Assembly: GCF_006345805.1 (NCBI RefSeq)
Contig: NW_021833744.1
Location: 62,001 to 126,000 of the forward strand
From: Octopus sinensis
Taxonomy: Eukaryota
Direction of reading: 5' to 3'
DNA length: 64,000 nt
The position numbers and the translations under genes are program-made. The notes under the pieces were generated by a model that worked only from the letters and a program-made list of their open reading frames with translations, ran no database searches and was not told the DNA's origin. This document shows positions 1-13,077 of the stretch, piece after piece; position 1 is the stretch's first letter; the number at the start of each line of letters is the position of its first letter.

Positions 1-600
1 AGGTGATCCCGACATTCCCAATCAATCTACGCATCTTCTCGTTCTGTTCAGCCAGGGATCCGACGCATCTTCTGATTGGAGGAGGATCCAAGGGTCTTGG
101 CTGTTGCCAGCATGTTCTAACATAAAACACAGACCCCTTCTTTCTCACAAGCATTTCGATCAATATGCTTAGAGAATGAGAATTTGGTGTCAAAGGTCAC
201 ATCGAATATTTCTGTGTTTTTGTCTGCGGAATTCTTGTTCCGTTCAAAACAACATTGATTTCGGAGTTTGATGTTTTTTGTTAGTCGTGAATAGAGTGGT
301 CATGCATTTTTCGAGGTTTAGGTTTAGCTGGTTTGTATATAGCTAAAAAGATATGTTGTTAACATCTTCCTGAAGTCTTTGGTCCCGTGATCCTAGGAGA
401 ATAACATATCGTCCTGGTGATTAGAGATTGGAATGTCGCTTATATAAGAATTTTAAAGAATTGGAGACAGTGGTGATCCTAGAGAGACACCGTTTGGTAA
501 CAGTTTAGAACCAGAGTTTATTCAGCAATGATTTACAAAGCCTCGACGTACACTCAAAAAGTTTGCTAGCCATAGTTTGAGGTTTGATTAAATATTTGAC
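1..600 (-). mobile_element. Degraded non-LTR retrotransposon (LINE) reverse transcriptase remnant
   Basis: Minus-strand translation gives GVSLGSPLSPIL (GVPQGSxLSP motif), a degenerate xxDD motif and VTFDTKFSFSKHI (RT thumb). Multiple stops and frameshifts. Confidence 0.7.
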
Positions 601-1599
601 GTAAATATTCACGAGAGGCACTTGTTGAAGATATCCACTATTTTATGCTTTGTTTAAATCTTAAAAATAAAAATCAAAGGGCAACCTTTCTACTTGACCT
701 TATATACAGGGCGCCTTGATTAAATATTTTTCTGACTTTGTCAATTACAGAATTCTTTCTTTTTAGCTTAACATTATAAAAAACTGATCGAGCAAACAAG
801 AATCCTGAATAAAAAACTGATTTTTCAACTAGGCAACATGTTTTCTAAAGGATACAAGTCCCCTGATTATGTTATCAAAAATTTACTAGCATTTACCCAA
901 CTCTCAAAAGAAAAGTCGACCATAATTGGACTAGTGAAAGTTTAGCAAAATATTTGAAAAATATTTTGTAAAGAAAACATTAAACAAATTTTAAACATAG
1001 AAAGTATAAAGTGACTTTCAGATAGCTGACTTTTCAATTTTGATTTTATTGAATTCATTTCTGAGAATGACTTTTCGCAAAAATATGTTGATCTAAATAT
1101 TGTTATAATTTCATTTTAATAAATAAAATTACTCAGGAAGGCTATTCTATACATCAAATATGAAAAAATCTTGTCTTTCTATTTAGTGTTTCTGCACGAA
1201 TATTTTTATTTAATTCTAACTTCAATTATTGAGGAATATTTTTTATTTTCTAACTGATATGTCTTCACTACGGGTGTAGCCTTTAAGAGGTAAGAATGAC
1301 AGAAATTCTCTTAGAAAACCACGATAGACATAGCGGTCAATTAAAAATAAATAGGTCAAAATTAAAAATCTGTTCTATATCTTTGATATCACACAAAGCA
1401 TCTACCCATAATGAAATTGATTCTGCGACTTTGAGGTCTTGAATTTGTGGTTTTGTTATATTTGAACACATTTTAAAGTCATATCAGCAACTGTTTTCGC
1501 AGAAAGTGGTATATTATTAAAACAATTGGACTCACGATCCTCGGACTGGCTCTTTCAACGGTTCTCGATCGCCGTTATCCGGTAATAGGACTGATATCA

Positions 1600-2720
1600 A
1601 AAAATTAAATATAAAGAGAATTCAACAACTCAAATTTAATGAAATTGATGTAGCAATGATAACATGGATTGACTTAATGGAACCTAGTGGAGTTAATGAA
1701 ACAATCAGTTTAAAAATTGAACAATATGGATTGGACAATGTTCATAATGCAGATGAAACTGGTGTCTTTTACAAGGCGATTTCTTCTAAAAGTGTGTGCA
1801 CTAAACCAAGGCCTGGGATAATGTTGTCGAAGGATCGATTTTCTTTACTGTTATGCGCAAATTGTTCTGGTTCCGATAAAAGAAGGCCTGTAATGATAGG
1901 AAGATTCAAAAATCCATAGTGTTTTAAAAATTTCAACATTCGAAAATATGTTACCTACACCCATTTCAATAAGGCATGGATGAATCGTGAAATTTTTAAA
2001 AAGTGGCTCAGTGATCTCGATTGTGAACCTGCGAAGAAAAAAAGAAAAATTCTACTTGAAATAGATCAATGCCCATCTCATCAAATTATTTTCACGTTAA
2101 ACTCTATTGAAATTCTTTTTTTGTCTCCTAGAACTTCCTCAGTCTTGCAACCAATGGATCAGGAAATTATAAAATGCTTTAAAGCCGAATTTACCAATTT
2201 GAAAATAAATGATATAATCGAAAAGGTTGAGGCAGGGGAAAATTGTCAGAATGCAATTAATGCAATCACCCTTAAAACTGCTGCGACATTCACATTCTTC
2301 GCTTGGAATAAAGTTACTCCTACGACCATCAAAAATTGTTTCCGTCATACACAATGGATAAAATGTAAAACAATCACAATCAACAGTGAATCTAAGAACT
2401 ACGAAAATAATTATGAATAAATAATTAAGAAATTTCAAATTGACAATCCAATATCTTATAGTGAATTTATTGATTATGGATATACTGAAAATGAAGAGCT
2501 AATGGAATTTTTAGAAAAATCTGGACAAGCTGATACATTAAAATCAAAAAAAGTTCAATCAGTTAGTGATTTTATTTAATAATTATACTTAGGAAACAAT
2601 TATTGAAGAGGAATCAAATGAGAAAAGAGTTAATCTTTTTGAAGCTTTCAGAGCTCTAGAGATTATTAAAACTTATGCTTCTCAGGTAAATGCAGATATA
2701 GATGATCACGAAATATTGGT
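1600..2720 (+). mobile_element. pogo/Tigger-family DDE transposase pseudogene containing a 31-nt intron
   Basis: ORFs 1656-1919 (NADETG, KDRFSLLLCANCSGSDK) and 1980-2420 (LLEIDQCPSH, FLSPRTSSVLQPMDQEIIKCFK) match the DDE_1 pattern. The C-terminal EAFRALEIIKTY is reached by splicing GT..AG 2562-2592. Confidence 0.9.
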
Positions 2721-2779
2721 CGGTCCCAAAATCGGCAAATTCGGGAGGTTTTACTGTATCTGGTGTGAGCATATCACAA

Positions 2780-4500
2780 GAAACAGATAAAAATACTCCA
2801 ACAAAACATCAACAATGTCAGAGGGGAAATTTTGGAACTCTATTCTTTGTTTGCTGATCTGAATATCAATGTGGCAATTATAAAAGAATCGAAACTCATT
2901 GGAAACACTCCAATTCTTTTATTCCCAGGATATAATTACATACGAGCTGACAATACGAGGAAAAAAGAAGATGGGCTCATCACCCTGTACAAAAAGAACT
3001 TCACATGCACCGACACCTCCCTGAAGCCAAGAAGATTACTGGGAAGTGATGATACTACAGAAATGAAAACATCAAACGGAAAAATCTCTATTGTGAACTT
3101 ATATGTTCCCCTGTCCAGCTCCTGTCCAAAATCTGATATACTATTAAACCTCTGAACGTTAAGCACCCCCTTTGGTTTGCTGGACAAACGTCGGGCCTAA
3201 GAAGGAAGGTACTATCACCACAAATCCGTTTTCTTAAGGTCATGAATGACCGTACAAAAAATTTTGAGAAGGGTTGGCAGGCACGCCTATAAAAAGAATG
3301 AATCTAACTCAAAAAGCCTGCCAAACCAACTTTGGAGATCAAGATCCGATTGAAAGCCTTGAACGAGGAAATAAGAAACAAGGAGCTCTATTCCAAGAGA
3401 AGCAAATGGTCCCGAGTGCTTTCCTCCATGAACAGAAAACTGTTCGACGGCATCAATTTAGAAGGCCATCTGGGAAACGGCCTACGCTGGAAATAAGCCA
3501 TCGGAAGATGATCACACTGAAAAAGATTTCAACAATCTTATGAATTTATACGTCAACACTCTCAAGCGGACCTGATCAAATCCAAGTGATTATTTTAAAA
3601 TTGTTGAAACAATGGTATTGCTGTACTGTCCAAAATTTACAATCATTCTATCAACAAAAACCGTTTTTCTTTGTGGAAATTGGTCCAAACCGAGAAAACC
3701 GAAAAAGGAACCAGCCAGTTGCCCTGCTCTGCTTCATGTCGAAGGTGCTTGAAAACTTGTTCTCTGGAAGATCAAGGGCTATCTCCCTGACAAACTCTTC
3801 CAACACTGATTTTAAGAAGGAAGATATACTCTTACACGGTTATCCAGTTTGACAACCTTTATTCAGTTATTCCGGTGAACCAAAAGACCGTTCTCTGTAC
3901 TATTGACCTAGAAAAAGCTTTCGATTCATGTTGAGAAGAATTCTTTTTTAGAAGATATTTATATTAAAAACCCCAGGCAATCTTAAACTGTGAATATCAA
4001 ACTGTCCCAGTGGTCGGAGAGGCCGTGTTTGAATTGGACAATCGAGTTCAAGATCCCAAACGGAGTTCTGGAAGATTCCCCGCTCTCACCTGCTCTGTTC
4101 AATCTTTTTACTGCTGATCTGCCTCTGCCTGTTAACGAAAATGATATTTTGGTTTCCCACGACATCGTCATTGCCTCTAAAGATCGAGACATTCTGGCTG
4201 CTTTGTCAAGGCTACAACAAGACTTGAATATATTACATAACTGGATCACTGCCAACCGCCTATCAACTTGCCCAGAAAAGTCAGCGACCTCCCTCTTTAC
4301 TTCAGACAAAAGACTTGGGAAAAATTCAGTGATTCTTAGCCAGGACAACAACGAAATTCTGTTTTGCCAGACTCAGAAAATCCTAAAAGTTACGTTCGAT
4401 GAGCACATGTGGGGCAACTTTATTTCCTGGTCCAATAAACGGAAGATTGATGCGAGCCTGAAAAGAGTTGTAACATTCACGAAGAGTTGAACAAAAGGCA
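2780..4500 (+). mobile_element. Degraded LINE (APE endonuclease + RT, Jockey/I-like)
   Basis: APE motifs (ILQQNIN, VAIIKESKL, IVNLYVP) and RT motifs (PVALLCFMSKVLE, DLEKAFD, GVLEDSPLSPALFNLFTADLP, LKVTFD). Many disruptions. Confidence 0.85.
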
Positions 4501-4779
4501 AGCTTTCGACTCTTACGAGTATGAAAGACCTATGATGCTATATGGAATATCAGATGAAGAAATGAAGATAATGCCCACACGGCCATTACACGCACAGGAT
4601 CATGAAATGTTACTTTTCTTGTCTTTCGTGTTTCTAAAGGGAAATTGTTATGTTAATCAATCCAATCAGTTTTCATATTATGAAGTATTCGTGCATTGCG
4701 AGATTAGGGGGAGTGGCTGGGTTCAGTCTCAAAATGTGCCCGAATAGTTTCCAGCGACCTGCTATAATTTCTGCAGACA

Positions 4780-6250
4780 GCGGTGTAGCGTTGTTGTGTT
4801 TGTAGAGTGATTGATTTAGATGGACAGTGAAGTCTGCGTAGTAGGCCCAACTGCTTGCGGTGGAAGGAGTCTGTAGATTTCAGTTCAGTATCCGAGATTC
4901 GGGGTAAAGCCTTGACCTAAGTTGCCGATTGACAGACCGGGTTTGGAGCCATGTTTTGCGTATTTTGCTCAGTGCTGCGATAGCCAATAACTTTCTAGGG
5001 GTAATCTCTCAGATAACAGTCGGGGCGAGAGAATCTGTGACACCAGACAATGTCCGCTGTGGATCTTCCCGTCCTAAATCCGCTCTGATTCAACGCCAGA
5101 TATTCATCAACTCTCGCGTTTATGCAGGTTAGTATAACTAGCGGGATGAGTTTTCTCAGGGTATTCAGAAATATGACAGGGCGGATATTTTCCACCGGGC
5201 CTGAGATTTTGTTGGGTTTTTGTATAGGGATGAGGGTACCTGCCCCTAACGGAAGTGGCTTGTGAACATGTAGTTAAAAATGGTTGCAATTTTGTCCATA
5301 AGCGACTTGGAACCATACTTAATCAGCTCTGCATTGATGTGGTCTGGTCCAGCGGCCCGACAGTTCTTTTTAGCAGTTTGGGCGATCTCCTCCACTGTGA
5401 TGGGCTTGTCGAGGTGTGCGGATGTGCCAGTAAAAAGTGGAATGTCCTCGGTGATTACCTTGAATTGATTTTCGAAATGATCTGCTATTAGTTCGGCTTG
5501 AAAAGTGGAGTCGCGAATAATTTTTGTCACATGCCATCGATGATTTTGAGTTTACTGTATTTTCTTCATTAATTAGTCGCATGGCCTGGAACATTTGTGC
5601 GCCGTTTTTGAGTTCTTCAATATTCCTTACAAAGGACTCCATGGTGTCCAGACCGTGCTGGCGGTTCAATTTTTGATGCTTTGTTGTATTCTGGCACGTT
5701 CGTTCTTCTGTACAGATTTATTGCTATGGTCGTACTTATTTTCGATTCTGAGTTTGAGATCTTTTTTCCCACCCCATACACGTCTGGATGACATGTCTTC
5801 CTCTCTAAGATTTATTTGTCCGTGAATGTAGTGTATTTGGCTGTATATAGGCGTAGTGCCATCAGCCCAGCTTCGTCTGCTGCCAGTCCATGTAATCAGG
5901 TGTCGTGCAGGATGACAGAAGGCTGTGTTACAATGAAATAGAAAAAAAGTCTCACATAAATAAGCCAAAAACGTGCCCGGAAAATCCCTGTACCCGCGAC
6001 TATTTGCGCCGATAAACTGTTCATTCCCAAAACGGATACTATAATTAATTTATACGAGTCTTCCAGGCTGATAAGTGTCCTGGCTAGTTTTTCGTGAAAG
6101 GAGTCAAGTTCGTCAGTGATGGAAAGCCCTTTCAGTCCGCCTATTTGCAGTACCGATATTCAGTTGGTGACCCTCCAGCATCGGTGAAGACGCGAGGAAA
6201 GAGACTTGTGCGTTACGAATCCTTGCCCGTTGTGTCTGCATTTAGGAGAC
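4780..6250 (-). mobile_element. Degraded LINE (APE + RT N-terminus, RTE-like)
   Basis: RAAGPDHINAELIKYG; ENIRPVIFLNTLRK...QSGFRTGRSTADIVW; APE C-terminus CNTAFCHPARHLITWTG..YSQIHYI. Confidence 0.85.
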
Positions 6251-6889
6251 AGTATAATTAGGCTATAATCACCAGATGCTTGGTCAATCGTCACTTTAAT
6301 TTCTTGAAGAAAGCTAACCGAAATTCTGTACCTCGTCATGTCATAGTATTATGATTGCTATTTCCAGGTCTGTTTGAGGCCTTTTACATTATAGAAAAAT
6401 GATTATTCTTGTGACAATTAAGAAAAATTAAGTTCTGAACTTTAGAGGTTAGATAATCAAAATTTAAAATTTCTATATAAAATTGACTTAATTTTATACT
6501 GTCTAAAAATAGATGTGCCCCAATGAGAAGGTCCGCTCAAAAATGGAGGTTGCCCTTTATCGCTTAAATCTATTTCTTATAAACAGATGGCCTAATATAT
6601 AATAAGCCATGTATCATTTTGATATTTTTTACTATCAAAAATAAAAAACTTTAAATGAAAAAAATATGAACATGTTAACCGTCAAAAACACGCCTTTTTA
6701 ATCCGTAAAGTTTAAACACGCCTTTTTTCGTAGGCAATTATAACACCATTTTTCTTTCCTTTTTAATCCATAAAATTTGGGGCATTTTGGATTTTTTGAT
6801 TGCTAAATATCAATAAATTCAATTTACAGGAGTCCTTATAATTTTCTTTCTGCCTTTAAAATATTTCTTCGGTTGTTTGCTTTTCTTTT

Positions 6890-7790
6890 TTAAGGGAAAA
6901 AAACGTCTAAGTCAATAAATCCAAAGCCCAACTCAATTGGAGCCAATTTCTTGGACGGAAAGTCACTTTGATCACCAATAAATTCAGAATTTCCACTTTC
7001 TTGGTTGTTTTGTAAACTTTGGACTGGCAAAATTGCCATTTGAATGTCACTTTCCTGCTCTTTTTGAGATCTTGAAATCAAAAAACAATAAAAAACGTCG
7101 AAATTGGACTCGAAACAAGCAAAGATAAATTTTCCAAACTGAAATTTTGCCGAAAATTGAATTTTTGGTTACCCGCTCTCACAAAGTTGAGATTTTTAGA
7201 GCTTTTTAATTACAGGACTAAATAAAATAAACCTATGAGGATTCTGAGTTGGTGATTTTATTTGATCTGACCGACCATCGTGACTACATTTAGGCGCATT
7301 TATAATACTTGTAAAATAAAGATGTTTTTGATTGTTTTTTATTGTTATAAGTGTTTGAATATTTGTTTTTGTTGAAATAAATATCTTTATATATGTCCTT
7401 GTCACCAACTACGCTGTCTTCCGAGGATTTGGAGAATTCCTTATTTGTGAAATTACAAATTATCACGGATTGGTCGGAAAGCATTCTTAAAACTCGGTTT
7501 AGGTGGCGAAAATTGTATTCCTGTGTTTTCCGAAGTTTTTTTACTTCTGGGTTTATTTCCATGTCAAAATCTGGAATTAATAAAATCGGTACCCTGATAA
7601 TTTAGGTAAGTTCGTTTATAATAATCGATGTATTCTGCTGTTATGGAGTTTGAGCATGTTCGAGGTCTGGAATATAATTGTGGAGTATACTGGTTTCGAA
7701 GACCACCGTGCATAGACTCCACAAGCCTTTTATTTGAAACTGGCGGTAAAATTAATAATTTAGTTAAAAAATTAAACTTTATTTTAACAT
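6890..7790 (-). CDS. Possible multi-exon hypothetical protein
   Basis: Successive minus-strand ORFs (7290-7562, 6890-7081) of protein-like composition. No recognisable domain and exon structure unresolved. Confidence 0.25.
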
Positions 7791-8258
7791 ATAAACTAAT
7801 TAAAATTTTGGCCTCAGATTTTTAATTTCCGATGTTTATAGACTAAGTAACTTGAGAACGTGAGAGAATATAGTAGCGTTTTGATTGCTTGAGTGAATAT
7901 AGAGAAATATTATTGTACAATTTTTGATTATAAATCAGTTTAATAAATATTACAAATAGATTTTCTAATCATTTAATAATATAAAATATGTGGAATTTTT
8001 AAACTAAAGATAATTCTGAAAGTAGAATATAATATATAATAGTTATTTAAAAATTTTGATTATTTTTTTTATTTAATATTATCTTTAAATAGGAAATAAT
8101 AATAACACGTATCCCAATTAATTACTTTATTTTATTAGGTTGTTGTGGTTGTCATATATTCGACAGCTTTAACTTTTACATTAATTATCGCGCTTTTAGA
8201 CATATAGTAATTAATCAGCATTAATTTAGCTATTTAATTGTATAAATAATTCGATTAG

Positions 8259-9591
8259 ATGTTTCGAGATATGTCTTTTGAGCAAAAAAATCCCTTAATA
8301 AAAACAATGCAGATAAGGCCTCGTGATCCCCGCTTAGTTAAGCGTGAGGCCCAATTCACTCAACCCCTCCCTCAGAAAAGAGCCACCAAGACCGAAACAC
8401 CTGAATTCTGGAAAGGAAGTATTGAAATTCCTGGGAAATGTCAAGTCTCAGTTACAATGCAAGGAGTATCCGCTCTCCCTCGGGCTGCAAATGACCAGGA
8501 TCCCTCTGGAAAGGCATATTTAGCAAACGTTTATAAAGATATGCCTGACAAATTGGCAATAAAGAGTCGGATTTCCCCCAAATCAGCAGAAAAAATTATA
8601 AGTGAAATGTCCAATTCAATAAATAAGATGGTAATTCCTGCCTTGTGATCTCCAGGATGTGTCTTTGGTTGTTTTTGAGCCATCTTTGCCTACCGAGATA
8701 CCGAAATTAGTTCAATTGGTCGAATTTCTCAAAGATATTGAACGATGTGGACTGTCTGGGAAGATTAGTCGTGTAATTAAAGAAATATATATCTATCCTC
8801 TCTCACCAGATGAACCACTGCCTGCTATTTTATCCAATTATTTATCTCCTGGTATATTCTGTCGGTTTTGATGTGTAGAAGCTCTTTTGCCTGGAAGAAA
8901 GTCGGCCATGTTGTTTGGAATAGTTTTGTTATCTCCAATCTCGAGCGATCCACTGTTTTTCTTTTCTGGTGGTAATTTGTTTTATAGGATTGTCGAGCCA
9001 TCGGTGGTGTCTAGGATGTCATTTCAGAAAGTAGTCAGTGCTAAGCCTCCGCGTATTAATGCTTTTGGGGATAGCTTTATTCCTGCCTTTAAGTCGTTAT
9101 CTAATCCTTCTGTCCGGTCAGTCCCCTCGTTTGTGGGTGGAAATAATTCCGCTGTTAAAAATGAGGTTAAGCGAGATGTTAAGCCGCCTTTTTTTGACCG
9201 ACCTTTCAAGATTGGTCCTCAGTCATTAAAAGATGGTAAAATATCTGGCCAGATGTCCTGTGGGGAGGATGGTGAATACATGCCGACGTATAAATCGGTC
9301 GGGTCTGGTTCATATAGTCAGAAATGTTCTAATTATGGATTCGATGCAAGTGAATTGGAGTATGTACCCATAATGAGGAAAAAGAGTTTGTATAAAGTGG
9401 ATGAAAATGACGATTCTTTGCACTACGAGCCTCAGTATATTAGACATAGTAGTAAAGTTAAAATGCAAAAACAACTGGGTGACCATTTGCCTGATTTTTC
9501 TTCTGGAAAAGTTATTTCGAGTAGTTATTCGAAGTATGATACATTGTCTGACGATGTATATGTCCCTCAGTCGAAACGCTGTGGGTATTAG
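8259..9591 (+). CDS. SPOC-domain protein (DIDO1/PHF3/SPOCD1-type SPOC), short form
   Basis: FWKGSIEI..., PDKLAIKSRISP, VVFEP, RCG, IKEIYIYPL..EPLP and AMLFGIV match the DIDO/PHF3 SPOC pattern once 25- and 27-nt GT-AG introns are removed. N-terminal RDPRL motif. Confidence 0.75.
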
Positions 9592-10859
9592 TTTGTTTTC
9601 ATGTGAGACTGAGTGCGTGTGTAATAATTGTGGATCTTTAATATTTTGTTCTTTATTGTTTCTGTAGTACTGTTGAGTTTTGGGGGTAGGATTCTACTCG
9701 TCAAATCGATCTAAATTATGTCTAGTTTTTTTCTTATCGAACTTTAAGTTTATTAGTCGATATAGTCTGATTGTTTGTTACTTTAATTATATATATTAGA
9801 GTGGTACGTGTTTTTGATTATGTTATGGATGGGCGTCAATGATTTTAAGAGATTTTTAATAATTTATGCAGCAAATTATAACTTACAAAAATATCTTATT
9901 CATCCAAATTTGATTAAGATTTTTTAGGTTGTCTAATTGAATTTTTTATGGCATTTTTTAAACGTGTTCTGATCCTAAGTTTGTGATCATTCAAGAATAT
10001 TTCCAGCAAAATTGATTAGATATTTAAAGTACCTAAATATGCTTTCTAAATAATGGATTTTTAAAATAAGATTTGCACTTTAAATTATTTTTATTAGTAG
10101 GTTTTATTGTAAGCAGTCAGCGAAAGGAAAACGCTGAAACAGCCAACAGGACTATCTGGGGCCGCACGTTCATTTTGAGATAAGATAACCGACAAAAAAT
10201 TATTCACATGCTTTCACTCTAAAAATACCGCTGATTTTTGATTTCTCGGCGCATTCCGCGAAATTAGTTATTGTTTATTAGGTTAGATTTTCCAAAGAAG
10301 TCTACATAGGTGACATCCCAGAAAATGAAAAGTGACCCACAAACTCGAGAATCCCGTCGGGACGTTTCCTATCTCTGTGATCGAGGCACATAGCCTTTAA
10401 AATAAAACGAAAGCCTGTTGAGTCTATGGCTTTCCTTACAATGTCGTAATAATAAATTTAAAGTGTCAATTGTGTGGCTAAATATGACGAAAGCCATGTT
10501 ATTCAAAATTTTCAACATCATTTTAATTTCGACAATTCATTAAATTTAAGCATATTTAAAGTTTTTAAAGCATGGAATTTAGTCTTAGCTCATTTATTGA
10601 GGTTATATTACCAAAACGGTTTGCCCGATGTTTTATTTTTACATTCAAGACAAAGTGCATTGTGTTCTCTCTACAGAATCTATTATTAATATACAAGCTA
10701 ATGTTCATTCCATTAATTAATGTTGATCTAATTAAAATTTAGCACAATGCTTTTTCAGAATTTTCAACACATTCATTTTCTTTTCTCATTTGAGAAGTAT
10801 GTTATCTACATGTGGAGAAAATAGAAATGCATATTAAGAATCATTTCTAAAATCTTCTG

Positions 10860-11140
10860 ACTTTTTTTGAAAAATATGACGACATTGTTTGAATTCAAAC
10901 CGACTTTCTTCCTTTCCAATTTTTTATTAGATGTGAAAAGGGACTTGGATTCGCAGCATTGACCCAATCTAGATTAAATTGGAGTCTTTCAGTGGCCTTC
11001 TGGATGTCCCGATTCCGTGAAGCCAATAAAATGTCATCTTCATAAAACAGTAAAACATAATTATTGTCCACAAGAGACGGAAGGTTTTTCAAAAAAAGAT
11101 TGAAAAGAATAGGGGATAAGGGGGGACTCTTAGGTACTAA
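10860..11140 (-). mobile_element. LINE RT fragment
   Basis: PLSPILFNLF...LFYEDDILLASRNRDIQKATERLQ; same family as 2780-4500 and 53930-54630. Confidence 0.75.
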
Positions 11141-11224
11141 AAATGATTTTGTTAATAATATTAATATAAAACAAATAACAATAATAAATTACTTGTTTAA
11201 AATATTTAATATATTTAAAAAAGA

Positions 11225-11917
11225 ATGAATGTGGATCGTCGTAAAATAATTATTTTGGGAGAAGGTTTTGTAGGGAAGACATCACTAATAACCTGCTTAA
11301 TGAACAATTCATTTCAAGACCAGACAATATCGACAGTCCAAGTTATATGATTCCCTCACTTGGTTAGGCAACCTTTAACTGTAAGGAATTCCAAGTCGGT
11401 TCTCGGAATATAATTCTCGAAATCTGGGTTTATATACCCAAATAGAATAATAGGACACTGCCGGCCAAGAACGGTTTCATGCACTCGTTCCTTTGTACTA
11501 CCGAAACAGTGAGGCAGCAATATGCGTTTATGACATATGCGATGTGGATTCCTGGGAGAGAGTGAGTTTGACTGTTTTTATTTTCAGGCCAAAAAGTGGG
11601 TCAGAGAACTAAGAAGTATCGTAGGGGAACATATTTTTATTTGTGTGGTTGGGAATAAGGCTGATCTTCAATCTCAGAGAACCGTCCCAGTCGATGACAA
11701 GTATTTTGTGTTACTTATAACAGTTTTTGTCAGATTAACAAACTTTCTCACTTTTATACATCTGCTAAAACTGGTTTAGGAGTACATGAGTTGTTTCAGA
11801 AAATAGCCACTGGTATGTCTCCCTCTCTTAGTTATAGAGTTGGCCAACATTCCTTCTCCCAACACTTCTACTCCCCTTCTTCCAAAATCTCAAAAACAAG
11901 GGTGTTGTCGCTCTTAA
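11225..11917 (+). CDS. RAB21: Rab21-like small GTPase (6 exons)
   Basis: Spliced protein: [40 protein letters not shown] and C-terminal GCCRS prenylation motif. Introns of 26, 26, 26, 23 and 25 nt. Confidence 0.9.
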
Positions 11918-12301
11918 CAAATTACTTTTTAAATTTCCGATATATTAAAATGCATTTCTTTTACATTTTTAGTTTTCTGATTTTAGTTTCACAATTTTAA
12001 GATTTTTGATTCTCTTGTCGGTTAGTTCAGGAGATATTGATAGTTTTAAAATCAATTAATGCTGACCTAATTTAAAAGTTTAACGTAATATGTTTTACTT
12101 AAAATTTGAATCCAAATTTGATACCAAAAGAGTGAGTCATTGAAATGCATTTACGCATTTATTTGTAATAAATTTACAATATTGAGAACGTATCAAAGTA
12201 GCAAATTTTTGCCAGTTAATCAATGGTACGATGACACGATGACGTAAAACTTTAATAGTGTACATTATCTAACCTGCAATTGCCGATTTGTTATATTTTT
12301 C

Positions 12302-12946
12302 ATGTCACATTCAACAGTGGAAGAACTCTATAAAAGATATACTTGCAATATTCGAACGACTCGAAATGATTCCATTTCTTCTAATATTTCGCGTGCAAAT
12401 GAACATATGTGTCGATCTGAAATCTTCCCTTCTCGTTGTACATCTTTTTATTCAAATCCTCTAAAAATCAAGAAACCTTCCTTCGAAAATGAAGTAAAGT
12501 TTGCTGAGAAAACTTTCTCAAAAAACACAGAAAATAATAAATTAACAACAAACAGTCATAAAGTGAACACTGAGAGTACAGTAGCGGAAATATGGAATAA
12601 ATTGTTTGAAATTGTGGAGTTTATTTTGAGTATGAACTCATCCAAAAAACTAAAAGAAAACCTCAACGAACTGAAATTTTTATTAATCAGACTCCAAATA
12701 AAGTGTGGCAAAGACTTTGAGGAGACTGACGAATCCCAAAAAGTAACAAAAAGCGGTCGTAAAATAAGCGCTCTTCTTGAAACAATCAATAAACGCAAAA
12801 ACATGTTTCAATCCAAAGAAAAAACGGCAACTCTAAGAAATCAAGAATCAACAAAAAAGAAATCCAAACTCCTATCCTTTGTCAGGGTATGTACATGTAT
12901 GCTTGTGGTTGTTGAAATGTTATCTATATTAAACGCAGCGTTTTGA
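12302..12946 (+). CDS. Hypothetical coding exon, possibly the 5' part of the formin gene
   Basis: 214-codon ORF. The downstream formin exon at ~13072 is preceded by a tttag acceptor, implying upstream exons. Confidence 0.45.
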   Translation: MSHSTVEELYKRYTCNIRTTRNDSISSNISRANEHMCRSEIFPSRCTSFYSNPLKIKKPSFENEVKFAEKTFSKNTENNKLTTNSHKVNTESTVAEIWNKLFEIVEFILSMNSSKKLKENLNELKFLLIRLQIKCGKDFEETDESQKVTKSGRKISALLETINKRKNMFQSKEKTATLRNQESTKKKSKLLSFVRVCTCMLVVVEMLSILNAAF

Positions 12947-13077
12947 TAACGTTATAAAATAAATTTTTGATGGTAATCAAATACTAGAGATTTTGTATGT
13001 TTAACTTATTCACTGTTTATGTTATGTATCCTCAGAGAACTATATTATTAGAACATATTTAATAAATTTAGAATCCA

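Noticed and set aside
676-6558. aaagggcaacct / aggttgcccttt inverted pair as TIRs of one large element
   Set aside because: Only ~12 bp match and there is no TSD. They may be ends of the hAT family at 36081, but a single element cannot be supported.
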